NCBI RefSeq assembly: GCF_018977255.1
Contig: NW_024704742.1
Coordinates: 19,408,001 to 19,472,000 of the forward strand
Reading direction: 5' to 3'
Origin: Callorhinchus milii
Taxonomy: Eukaryota
DNA length: 64,000 nt
Below are positions 49,700 through 61,064 of the stretch, in pieces. Each line of letters starts with the position of its first letter. Position 1 is the first letter of the stretch. The position numbers and the translations under genes are program-made. Below the pieces are notes generated by a model. The model was not told the origin of the DNA. It saw only the letters and a list, made by a program, of their open reading frames with translations, and ran no database searches.

Positions 49700-52430
49700 T
49701 GCTGGTGCAGTGGCTACAGTGTCAGCGGTTCCGTGTTACAGATGAGACAATAATACGAGGCCCCATCTGCCTGTCCACAACAAAAACAACAACAAGATTC
49801 CATTTACAAAGCTCCTTTCACGTCAGGAGGACATCCCAAGGCGATGCACAGTTGGGTCAGGACCCGAGCAGGGGGGGAAATGGTCAGGGTGAGGGGAGGG
49901 AAGGGAGGGAGGGAGCGAGGAGGGGGGAAATGGTCAGGGTGAGGGGAGGGAAGGGAGGGAGCGAGGAGGGGGAAGAGAGTCGAGAGGGGAGCTGAAGGCA
50001 CGGTCAAAGAGAAAGGTTTTGAGACCGGCCTTGAAGGAGGAAAGGGAGGAAGCGGCGAAGGCACTGGGGGATGGAGTTCCAGAGCCTGGGGGCTGAGAGG
50101 CTGAAGGCCCGACCACCGATGGTAGGGCGGTTGGGGCGGGGGACGTGGAGCAGACCGGAGCCGGAGGAACGGAGGGTACGGGCAGGTAGGTAGGGGGATA
50201 GTAGGTCAGAGAGGTAGGAGGGAGCAAGGCCGTGAATGGCCTTGTAGGTGAGGATGAGGATCTTGAAATCAATCCTCTGGGGGATGGGGAGCCAGTGGAG
50301 GCGAGCGAGGGTGGGAGTGATGTGGTCCCGAAGCCTGGTGCGGGACAGTACACGAGCTGCAGAGTTCTGAATGACCTGCAGCTTGTGGAGGGAGGTGGCG
50401 GGAAGGCCGGCGAGGAGAGAGTTCCCATAGTCCAGCCTTGAGGTGACAAAGGCGTGGACCAGGGTTTCAGCAGCGTGAGGGGTGAGGTAGTGCCGTAGTC
50501 TGGCGATGTTCCGGAGGTGATGGAAGGCGGTGCCAGTTGTGGTGCGGATGTGAGGGAGAAAGGACAGCTCAGGGTCGAACAAAACGCCGAGGTTCCTGAC
50601 TGGCTTTGAGAGGTGGAGAGTGCAGCCTTGGATGCTGATGGTGTCAGCGCCTGAGGTGCGGAGGCGCTGACGTGAGCCAATCAGGAGGGCCTCGGTTTTT
50701 CGCACGTTGAGCTGAAGAAAGTTGTCTCTCGTCCAGGACTCGATGTCGGACAGGCAGCTGTCAGGACATCGGTGGTCGTGGAGTTGAGAGTAGAGGAGGA
50801 AAGGTAGAGTTGGGTGTCATCCGCATACATGTGGAAGTTAACTCCATGTCTGCGGATGATGTCACCGAGGGGGAGCATATAGAGGGTGAAGAGGAGGGGA
50901 CCGAGGACAGAGCCCTGAGGGACACCACATGAGACAGTGCGGGGGTGGAGGAGAAGCCATTCGTGGAGACAAAGTGAAGACGGTGAGAAAGGTACGACCT
51001 AAACCACTCAAGGACAGTGCCTTGAAGGTTGAGGTGGGAGGACAAGCGGTGGAGTAGGATAGCGTGGTCGACCGTATCGAATGCTGCCGATAGGTCGAGG
51101 AGGACGAGGAGACAGAGGGAGCCCTGGTCACAGATGGTCAGGATATCATTGGTGACCTTGACCAGGGCAGTTTCTGTGCTATGGGCAGCACGGAAACCTG
51201 ACTGAAGGGGTTCGAAAAGTGAATGGGTGGAAAGGAAAGAGCGCAGTTGGGAGGCGACAACTCTTTCCAGGACCTTGGAGAGAAAGGGGAGGTTGGAGAT
51301 GGGCCGGTAGCTTGATAGCTGCGACGCATCAAGGGAGGGTTTTTTCAGGGTGGGCGTGATGGTGGCAGTTTTTAAGGGAATGGGGACAGAGCCAGAGGAG
51401 AGGGACAGGTTGATGATGTCAGTGATATGTGGGGCAAGAAAGTGGAGCTGGGAGATAAGGAGTGGAGTGGGGATGGGGTCAAGGGAGCAGGTGGTTGGTT
51501 TTAGGGATAGGATGAGTTTGGTGACAGAGGGTGGGGAAACGGGTACAAAAGTGAGTAGGGGAGGATGGGTAGGAGTCGGAGTGTGGGAGTGAGGGTGTGG
51601 GGGGTTGGTGGATGTTGGAGGGGAAGTGACCGCGGAGCGAATTCCCTTGATCTTGGATTCAAGGAAATCCAGCATCTCCTCGCAGTGAAGGTTGGAGGAG
51701 ATGACCTGCGCGGGGTGGCGGGGGGGACGGAGGAGTCGGGTTGTGGTGGAAAACAGTAGCCTGGGGTTGTTCTTCGCCTCCAGGATTATCCTGGAGTAGA
51801 AGGACGACTTGGCCGAGGCTAGAGTGGAGCGGTAAATTTTGAGGAGGTCCAGCCAGATTTGTCGGTGGACCGTTAGGCCAGATTTGACACAGGTGCGTTC
51901 AGCAGCCCGCACCTGGCTTTTCAGTGAGCGGAGGTGGGTGGTGTACCAGGGGGAGGAGCGGGAGTAGGAGACAGTGCGGGAAGTGATGGGGGCAAGAGTA
52001 TCGAGTGTGGAGGAGAGGGTATTGTGGAGGAGGGAGAGAGGAGAAGAGGGGTCGGTGAAGGTTGAAGGCCAGAGGGAGAGGAGTTCAGAGGACTCCAAGG
52101 CATCGGTTAGGGATTGTGGGGGTAACTTCTTCCAAGGGCGGTAGAAGATGGTGGTGGGTCTGGTGGAGGTGGGGAGGGGGGTGGAGGTGGTGAAGGAGAT
52201 GAAGTGGTGGTCAGAGATGGCCTTGTCGGTAATAGTGACATCCGAGACACTGAGGCCCCGGGTGATCACCAAATCTTTAATGTCCAGGTGGACATTAAAG
52301 ATCCTATGGCACATTTCAAAACTAGAAGGGAGTTTCCCAGTATCCTAGCCAACAATCACCAAATTAAATTGATTATTCACTTCTTGGCTGTTTGGGACAT
52401 CACTGCCACGTTTCGCACACAAGATATATA
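49700..52430 (+). mobile_element. Deu-domain SINE split by L2 insertion (49700-49777 and 52281-52430)
   Basis: GAGGCCCCATCTGCCTGTCCA rejoins GGTGGACATTAAAGATCCTATGGCAC; TSD TGTCCA. Confidence 0.8.
49778..52272 (-). mobile_element. L2 LINE, 5'-truncated 2.5 kb, frameshifted RT ORF
   Basis: [53 protein letters not shown]; (GTT)n tail. Confidence 0.97.
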
Positions 52431-52952
52431 GTCCTAAGTTCAGTCAAGATTCATCGGTTGACAGGACTGAGTCATTAATGTGATTTATTTTCACAATTTT
52501 CACAACTGAAGTAGAAAATGAGACCCACAAGAGTTAATATCCTCAACATTAACTGCTGAACCTCTGAGTTTATTTCACATTATCCATTATTCGCTAAGAA
52601 AAAGAAAGTTCCTATAATCTCAAATCATGCTTGAACCAAGTTAATCTTCTCTAGTTCTGTCTTGCTAATATCATCATTATCCATTCAATTTAAGCACTAG
52701 ATGATATGCTCTTATCATGTTTTTTTACTGAGGTTAAATTCAATTCCACAAGTCTATCTTCATAACTGTGTGAAATTACATAGTGACAAAGTGTGGGTAC
52801 CTAAATGGCATATAATACACTAGGAATTGCAAAGATAGTCATTGATAAATTGAGATTATTTCACTTAGGAGAAAGATCTCCCAAATAATACTTCTTCATT
52901 TGTGAATAATGTCTTTTCACTCTGCTGAATAGCCAGTTATTTGCAGCTTAAT

Positions 52953-54318
52953 GTCAGGTTTCCGTGCTGCCCATTGCACAGAAACTGCCCTGGTCAAGGT
53001 CACCAATGATATCCTGACCATCTGTGACCAGGGCTCCCTCTGCCTCCTCGTCCTCCTCGACCTATCGGCAGCATTCGATACGCTCGACCACGCTATCCTA
53101 CTCCACCGCTTGTCCTCCCACCTCAACCTTCAAGGCACTGTCCTTGAGTGGTTTAGGTCGTACCTTTCTCACCGTCTTCACTTTGTCTCGACAAATGGCT
53201 TCTCCTCCACCCCCCGCACTGTCTCATGTTTTGTCCCTCAGGGCTCTGTCCTCGGTCCCCTCCTCTTCACCCTCTATATGCTCCCCCTTGGTGATATCAT
53301 CCGCAGACATGGAGTTAACTTCCACATGTATGCGGATGACACCCAACTCTACCTTTCCTCCTCTACTCTCAACTCCACGACCACCGATGTCCTGACAGCT
53401 GCCTGTCCGACATCGAGTCCTGGACGAGAGACAACTTTCTTCAGCTCAACGTGCGAAAAACCGAGGCCCTCCTGATTGGCTCACGTCAGCGCCTCCGCAC
53501 ATCAGGCGCCGACACCATCAGCATCCAAGGCTGCACTCTCCACCTCTCAAAGCCAGTCAGGAACCTCAGCGTTTTGTTTGACCCTGAGCTGCCCTTTCTC
53601 CCTCACATCCGCACCACAACTGGCACCGCCTTCCATCACCTCCGGAACATCGCCAGACTACGGCACTACCTCACCCCTCACGCTGCTGAAACCCTGGTCC
53701 ACACCTTTGTCACCTCAAGGCTGGACTATGGGAACTCTCTCCTCGCCGGCCTTCCCGCCACCTCCCTCCACAAGCTGCAGGTCATTCAGAACTCTGCAGC
53801 TCGTGTACTGTCCCGCACCAGGCTTCGGGACCACATCACTCCCACCCTCGCTCGCCTCCACTGGCTCCCCATCCCCCAGAGGATCGATTTCAAGATCCTC
53901 ATCCTCACCTACAAGGCCATTCACGGCCTTGCTCCCTCCTACCTCTCCAACCTACTATCCCCCTACCTACCTGCCCGTACCCTCCGTTCCTCCGGCTCCG
54001 GTCTGCTCCACGTCCCCCGCCCCAATCGCCCTACCATCGGTGGTCGGGCCTTCAGCCTCTCAGCCCCTAGGCTTTGGAACTCTATCCCCCAGTGCCTTCG
54101 CCGCCTCCTCCCTTTCCTCCTTCAAGGCCGGTCTCAAAACCTTTCTCTTTGACCGAGCCTTCAGCTCCCCTCTCGACTCTCTTCCCCCTCCTCGCTCCCT
54201 CCCTTCCCTCCCCTCACCCTGACCATTTCCCCCCTGCTCGGGTCATGACCCAACTGTGCAGCGCCTTGGATGTCCTCCTGACGTGAAAGGCACTTTATAA
54301 ATGGAATCTTGTGTTGTT
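52953..54318 (+). mobile_element. L2 LINE, 5'-truncated 1.37 kb, near-identical to 49778-51202
   Basis: [25 protein letters not shown] at 52948-52954 and 54317-54323. Confidence 0.97.
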
Positions 54319-54477
54319 AATGTAGTGTCATACCGACAGAGCATAGGATTAGAAGTAGGGAGCAGAAACACATTTTTATCAGTTTGCCAGATATTGGGAG
54401 TTCACAGCAGGTTCTCATTGGGGATAGCAACCTGTTCTTTTTATTTAAAACTTCTCTATTCTGCATATATGCAATGC

Positions 54478-54690
54478 AATAACATTTATATTTATGTAGC
54501 ACCTTTCACAGGAGGATGTCCCAAGGCACTCAAAAATTCCTGCCTAAGCACCCATCCTGGGTGTTGGAGCCAAGGGAGGTGGGGAGGGGAAAGATGAACA
54601 AAAGCATGGTCAAAGAGGTAGGTCTTCAGATGGATCTTGAATGAGGTAAGAGTTTGTGGGACTCTTGGATAGAGTTCCAGAGAGTGGGAT
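54478..54690 (-). mobile_element. L2 3' tail (old)
   Basis: SFKIHLKTYLFDHAF plus tail. Confidence 0.7.
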
Positions 54691-55639
54691 AGATACTCCA
54701 CTGGTGTGTATAGAAAAATCTTAATGAGAACAGCTCCTTTCTTTTGTTTAGATTTATTTTTAAATTTGCACACACACAAAATGCACCGTTACTGGATCAT
54801 GCAGTTTAGCTTGTGAAGCTCTTTGAAACGTCCTTCTGACGTGAAAGATGGGATTTGAAATGTAAGGATTATTATTATTATAAATTCATAAACCCAAGTG
54901 AAGGCTACAAAGTGGTTCCCACCAATAGAGAAAAAATAAAAAATTGAATACAATAAATAGTGGTTAAGAGATGCCAAAAGCCAGTAGATTATCGGAGAAA
55001 ACAAAAGCCTAACTGTGCACCAGTGGTTTATATATGGTACTCAGCGTTTGTTACACCATTAATCACAAAATGGTTTGAAGGCATATATACAAGCTGTGTT
55101 TTTCCACTGCTTAAAATATTGAAAGTGTTGCATCTGCCTTGAACAATCACTGGAAGCTTTCGCTTCACTAGTGTTGTAGAGTTGCTTGCACAACCAGAGA
55201 ATAAATAGCATTAAAAAAAATTAACAACCAATCTGAGAGTGTTGTACTGAATTTCAAAATAGTCAGCCTGTTTTAACAGGTGAGAAATAAAATAGGAATT
55301 ATAAATCAGGCTTCCTGCTGCACATCTCTCCACCACAAAGAGGAATATTACTTCCCTCCTAGCAGTATAAACGCAGTTTAATTATATCAATAGCACATTT
55401 AAAATTATTTTTATTTCGCAGCCCAATTACTTTGTGCGAAAATTTCCAAGCACAATTATAGCAAAATTAAATGGAAAAATACCAGTTATACAGGCTGTTG
55501 TAATCTTCTGCACTTATTTGAAGTTTGTGATTGTCAATTTTCCCTTGACTGGTAGCAGATACAGCCTAATAGATAAAGTTAACTTAAATTCATATCAAAA
55601 TCTTATTTATGGTGCAATTAGCCACTTGACCCATTAGGT

Positions 55640-57245
55640 CCAAACCTCCCTCCTAAAAACAGCATCTGCTCCCTGGACCCCATCCCCACCCCTCTCCTAA
55701 ATCCCAGCTCCAACTCCTCGCCCCACTACTCACCGACATCATTAACCTCTCCCTGTCATCTGGCACTGTTCCTTTCCCCCTTAAAAAAGCCACTATCAGA
55801 CCCACCTTGAAGCAACCTTCCCTTGATCCATCGCAAATATCTAGCTACCGGCTCATCTCAAATCTCCCCTTTCTATCCAAGGTCCTTGAGAGAGCTATTG
55901 CCTCCCAGCTTCGCTCTTTCCTCTCCTTTCACTCCCTCCATGAATCCCTCCAATTGGGTTACCGTGCTGCCCACAGTACGGAAACTGCTCTGGTCAAGGT
56001 CACAAACGACATCCTGACCATGTATGACCAGGGCTCCCTCTGCCTCCTCGACCTCTTCAACTTCTCCGCCGCCTTTGACACTGTGGACCATTCAATCCTC
56101 CTCCACTGCCTCTCCTCCCACCTCAACCTTCAAGGTTCTGTTCTTGATTGGTTCAGGTCCTACCTTTCACATCGCCTCCATTTCATTGTGGCAAATGGCT
56201 TCTCCTCCAGCCCCCGCACCGTCTCGTGTGGTGTTCCTCAGGGCTCTGTCCTCGGTCCCCTCCTCTTCACCCTCTACACCCTTGGTGACATCATCCGCAG
56301 ACATGGTGTAAATTTCCACATGTGTGCGGATGACACCCAACTCTACCTCTCTGCCTCCACCCTGAACTCCAGGACTACTGGCGTCCTGACCGACTGCCTG
56401 TCCAACATCAAGTCCGGGACGAGGGCCAACCTTCTCCAACTCAACGTCAGCAAGACCGAGGCCTTCCTGATTGGCGCTGGCAGCATCAGCCTCCACGGCT
56501 GCACACTCAATCTCACTAAGCCAGTCAGGAACCTGGACATCTTGTTCGACCCTGAACTGTCCTTTCTCCCTCACATCCGCGCCATGACCGGCACTACCTA
56601 CCACCACCTCCGCAACATTGCCAGACACATCCACTGCCTCACCCCTCAGGCTGACGAAACCCTCACCCACGCATTCATCACATCAAGGCTCTGCTACAGG
56701 ATCTCCCTCCTCATTGGCCTTTCCAACTCTTCCCTTCACAAGCTGCAGATCATCCAAAACTCTGCAGCTCGTGTATTCTCACGCACCAGGCTCCCTGATC
56801 CCATCAATCCCACTCTCGCCCGACTCCACTGGCTCCCCATTCCCCAGAGGATCGAATTCAAGATCCTCGCCCTCACTTTCAAGGCCATCCATGGCCTTGC
56901 CCCTTCCTATCTCTCTGACTTGCTGACTCCCTACCAACCTGCCCCCTCCATTCAGTGTGCTCCGGTCTGCTCCATATCTCCCGCCCGACCCGCCCTACCA
57001 TCGGTGGCCGGGCTTTCAGCCTCTCTACCCCCACACTCTGGAACTCCATCCCACGGTCCCTTCGCCTCGCTTCCTCCCTTGCCTTCTTTTCGATCATGCT
57101 TTCGATCTCCCCTCCCACCTCTCTGCCTACCCTCACCCCTACACCATCCCTCCCCCATGCTCAGGCCCCGACACCTGATTGTTCAAGCTTTGGGTCGTCC
57201 TCCCGACATGAAAGGCGCTCTATAAATGTAATTTTGATGTTGTTG
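55640..57245 (+). mobile_element. L2 LINE RT region, 1.6 kb
   Basis: 472-aa ORF with RT motifs; catalytic YADD mutated to CADD; frameshift near the 3' end. Confidence 0.95.
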
Positions 57246-57659
57246 TATCATGGGTCAGAAAACAATGTTACAAATTTAGGAAGAGTAGAATGAAAATTGT
57301 AATGTTTTTTAACAGCTGTGACAATCATCAAATGTCTGATAAGAAAAATCACACTTTCCCATTTTGCTCAAGCCTTTAATTGGATCTGTGTAGTTAAATC
57401 TATTGATCCCAGAGTGTCTGGACTCCTCACACTATGGATCTTTCTCTTGTTGTGCGTGAGATGTTTATCTATTGCAGACTCAGCTACTGTGCCATTTTCC
57501 CACATGGACCAGCAGAAAATAAAATGTATTGCCACAGACACATGTGGGATGGAGTTCCAGAGTGTGGAGGCAGAGTGGCTGAAGCTTCAGGCTGCTTTAA
57601 GAGTCCAATGAACAGGAAAACAAAGCCACATTCTACATAACCCCTTAAGAGTTAAGAGG

Positions 57660-58885
57660 CGCTGGAACGAGTTAATCGGGGAGCCTCGCTGTTGCTGATG
57701 TTCAACTGTGGAAAGTTGGCTTTCATCCAGGACTTGATGTCTGACAGACAGTCTGTCAGGACAGCAGTGGTCCTGGAGTCGAGGATGGAGGCAGAGAGAT
57801 AGAGTTGCGTGCCATCTGCGTACATGTGGAAGTTGACCCCATGTTTGTGGATGATGTCACCAAGAGGGAGCATGTACAGACTGCAGAGGAGATGACCGAG
57901 GACAAAGCCCTGAGGAACACCACACGAGACTGTGGAAACAAAGTGGAGCCGGTGTGAGAGATAGGATTTGAACCATTCAAGGACAGAACCTTGAAGGTTG
58001 AGGTGAGAGGAAAGGCGGTGGAGGAGGATAGAGTGATCCTTAGTGTCGAAGGCAACAGAGAGGTCAAGGAGGATGAGGAGACAGAGGGAGCCCTGGTCAC
58101 AGATGGACAGCATGTCATTTGTCACCTTGACCAGGGCTATTTCTGTGCTGTGGGCAGCAACAACTATTTCAAGGTCCTTGGAAAGGAAATGGAGGTTGGA
58201 GATGGGGTGGTAGTTTGTGAGCAGGAATGGGTCCAGAGAAGGTTTTTGTAGGATAGGTGTGATGACAGCTTTTTTTAAGGGGGTGGGAACAGTACAGTTG
58301 ACAGGGAGAAGTTGATGAGGTCTGAGAGTAAAGGGGTGAGGAGGTGGAGCTGGGAGGTAAGGAGAGGATTTGGGATGGGATTGAGGGAGCAGTGGTGGGC
58401 TTCAGGCGGGTTATAGTGGTGGTGAGAGAGGAGGGGGAGACAGGTTCGAAGTTGTGGAAGGAGGGATGGGCCGGAGTATGAGGGAGACATGGGGAAGGGG
58501 TTGCGGTTGGGTGGGCGAAGGCAGCTGAACGGATCCCCTTGATTTTGGTCTCGAGAAAATCCAGCATCTCCTCGCAGTTGGAGTTGGAGGAGAGGGTGGA
58601 TGGAGTAGCCGGTTAATGGTGGAGAAGAAGAGCCTGGGGTTGTCCTTTGCCTCCAAGATTATCCTAGAATAGAAGGACAATTTAGCAGAGCCAAGGGTGG
58701 AGGACTGATATCAATGATAAGACATCCACGTTTTGATGTGGTCCAGCCAGATCTGCTGGTGGACTGTTAAATCAGATTTGAGCCAGGTGAGTTTGGCCAC
58801 ACGTACCTGACCCTTGATTGAGTGCAGGTGGCTGGTATATCAGGGTGAGTTGTAGGAGGTGGTTCAGAAGATAATGGGGGCAAGT
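57660..58885 (-). mobile_element. L2 LINE RT fragment, degraded
   Basis: [42 protein letters not shown]. Confidence 0.93.
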
Positions 58886-59880
58886 GGGGTTTCCTTCAAG
58901 CTGATCTACCTCTTGGGTGACATGCTTAGCAATGGAATGTCAGAATCATACAATAATAATCCTTGCATTTGTTATAGCACCTTTCCACGTCTTCTAGACA
59001 TCTCAAAGAGCTTCACAGAATATACTGTAAAGTGAATTGGCTGTATGTTTTGTGGAAAAAATGGAGCAGCCAATTGCGCACAGCAGTGTCCCACAAACAG
59101 TCGTGGATTAAGTGACCAAATTATTATAATTTTTTTTTGAAGGACTTATTACCCCCGGAAAAGCAATCTGCCAATCGACTAACAACCGGGTTCCTACTTA
59201 CTGATAGGTAAACAGAGGCATGTGGAGCAAGGAAAGTTGTCCAACATTTTGCCTTGCCGAGAAACGAACCCAGGCACTAATGCTTGGGGGCAAGTGCTCT
59301 AACTGCTGAGCTACAAGACATCAACCCTCTGTGATGGTCTTGGTAGTCCAGTTCCTGAGCTAATTGGGACCACAGTAGTCCCAGATACTGCCTGTGACAG
59401 ACCAGCACTCCTGGCTCATCAACATGACCAGAATGGGCAGATCAGTCACTGTGGGCAGGGAATCTTACCATTTGGCTCCTGTTAACGCTGCATACCAAAG
59501 CACTTACAGGTATATCGGTCTTAGCTGGAAACACAGGAGGAAGCCTGCCAGACATTGCTCTGAATGTCACCAAGCTGTGTGGTTTTAGCTGGTTAGACTC
59601 GAGCAGAACCCCAAAGCAAGTTCCAGGGTTCCAAACCTCAGCTCTCACCAACACGTGACTAATATTCTCTGGGATTAGTAAAGTAAGGTGTGCTCCTCCA
59701 GGGAGAAAGTGCAGATTCTATTCCACACATGGTCATTTCCATGTGGAGGTTCGACACACACAAAAAAAAACTTTCACTTTGGTTTGGATACTCTGAAACA
59801 TAGTGATGGGTTTCTCCATGTGTCAAGACATCTGACTGACCAAAAACAAAACAAAATCCAGAAACTACACACAACAGTCC
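58886..59880. repeat. Unclassified ancient interspersed repeat, copy 3, interrupted by SINE
   Basis: Colinear with copies 1 and 2 once 58951-59325 is removed. Confidence 0.7.
58951..59325 (-). mobile_element. tRNA-Ala SINE, long variant
   Basis: Reverse of the 24464-24810 layout, including GGTTCCTACTTACTG.TAGGTAAACAGAGGCA. Confidence 0.85.
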
Positions 59881-60151
59881 AAAAGAAAATAGCAAATAAG
59901 CTGCTCTGTTTCTTGTACTCTTCTCAATCTGTTCACATCAGACTCTGATAGGAAGCAAAGCATTGTTCAACATAAAACCAAACTCTAAGAGATGTTACGG
60001 AGGGATTGTGTGCTCATACGTGTAAAAGATAGAACAGTGTAAGATTATTTCATCGTTATTACATCTTGAAAGATGAGTCCAGCCAAATGGCCCTCAGTGA
60101 TCTTTTTGTGGTCTCATTCATTCCTATGTTTGTATGGGTTAGTTAGGTAGT

Positions 60152-60410
60152 ATAATAATAAATATTGATAATCCCTATATTTGATGTAGCACCTTATCAC
60201 ATCTTCAAGACGTCTCAAAGCGCTTCACAGGATATAGTGTAAACTGAATTGACTCCGTATTTTGATGGCGAAACGCTGCAGCCAATTGCTCACAGCAGTG
60301 TCCCACAAACAATCATAGATTGAGTGACCAAATTATTATTTTTCTAAGGGATTATTACCCCTGGAAAAGCGATCCGCCAATCGACTAACAACCGGTTCCT
60401 ACTTACTGCA
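60152..60410 (-). mobile_element. tRNA-Ala SINE long variant, 5'-truncated
   Basis: GCCAATCGACTAACAACCGGTTCCTACTTACTG as at 59170-59202; shared tail. Confidence 0.85.
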
Positions 60411-60837
60411 GGGCATGGTGTTGTAAGACACTGATATCGATGGTAAGACATCTGACAATGGGAGCAAATTAACTGTCCATATTCTCGCTGCTAATACAAC
60501 ATTCATACAGTTCAGCTCCTTCTAAAAAATCATTTGAGACCAATTTGAGGACTGATTATTTTTACTGCCTCGGGTTTTGCTATCAGTGCTTGTCAAACCA
60601 CTCTCTGGTGACACTATTTGCTTCTTTGAGATTTGTTGTCACAGTTACATTGATGGCACCCTGAAGGTCTGTCTGTCACCTCAACACTGATTTATTTTAG
60701 ATATCAACACCTAAAACTTCAATTCTATGGGATAGTACCACGGTCTGGGCTAAGGTAATATAATGAGGGACCCTCACGGACAAATTCAATAAACTCAGAT
60801 TTGTTTGTTGGATATGAATAGAGCTCTGTGTCAGCGT

Positions 60838-61064
60838 CCCAAAATTCTAGTTTTAGACTGTACGATAGTATGGCCTTAAAATTTAAGACTGCACAGAACT
60901 ACAGAAATCTCTTCAATCATAATTTAGATGCAAATATTCCAAAGTTCTTAAATAAAACTGGCCGGCAAATTAAGACAAAGTTTTAACAATTGTACGCAAA
61001 TACTGTTTGATCTTAAATTTAAAGGCAAAATGTTCTTACAGATTAAGACTACAGGAAATTTTGG
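60838..61064. repeat. Imperfect palindrome, same family as 10494-10863
   Basis: CCCAAAATT/AATTTTGGG outer ends; GCCTTAAAATTTAAGA/TCTTAAATTTAAAGGC arms. Confidence 0.65.

Noticed and set aside
56167..56670. Antisense and alternative-frame ORFs over L2 copies (also 49934-50680, 53476-54222)
   Set aside because: By-products of C-rich L2 composition
55807..57225. 472-aa ORF as a functional or domesticated RT
   Set aside because: 5'-truncated, YADD changed to CADD, small deletions and a 3' frameshift; an ordinary decaying L2
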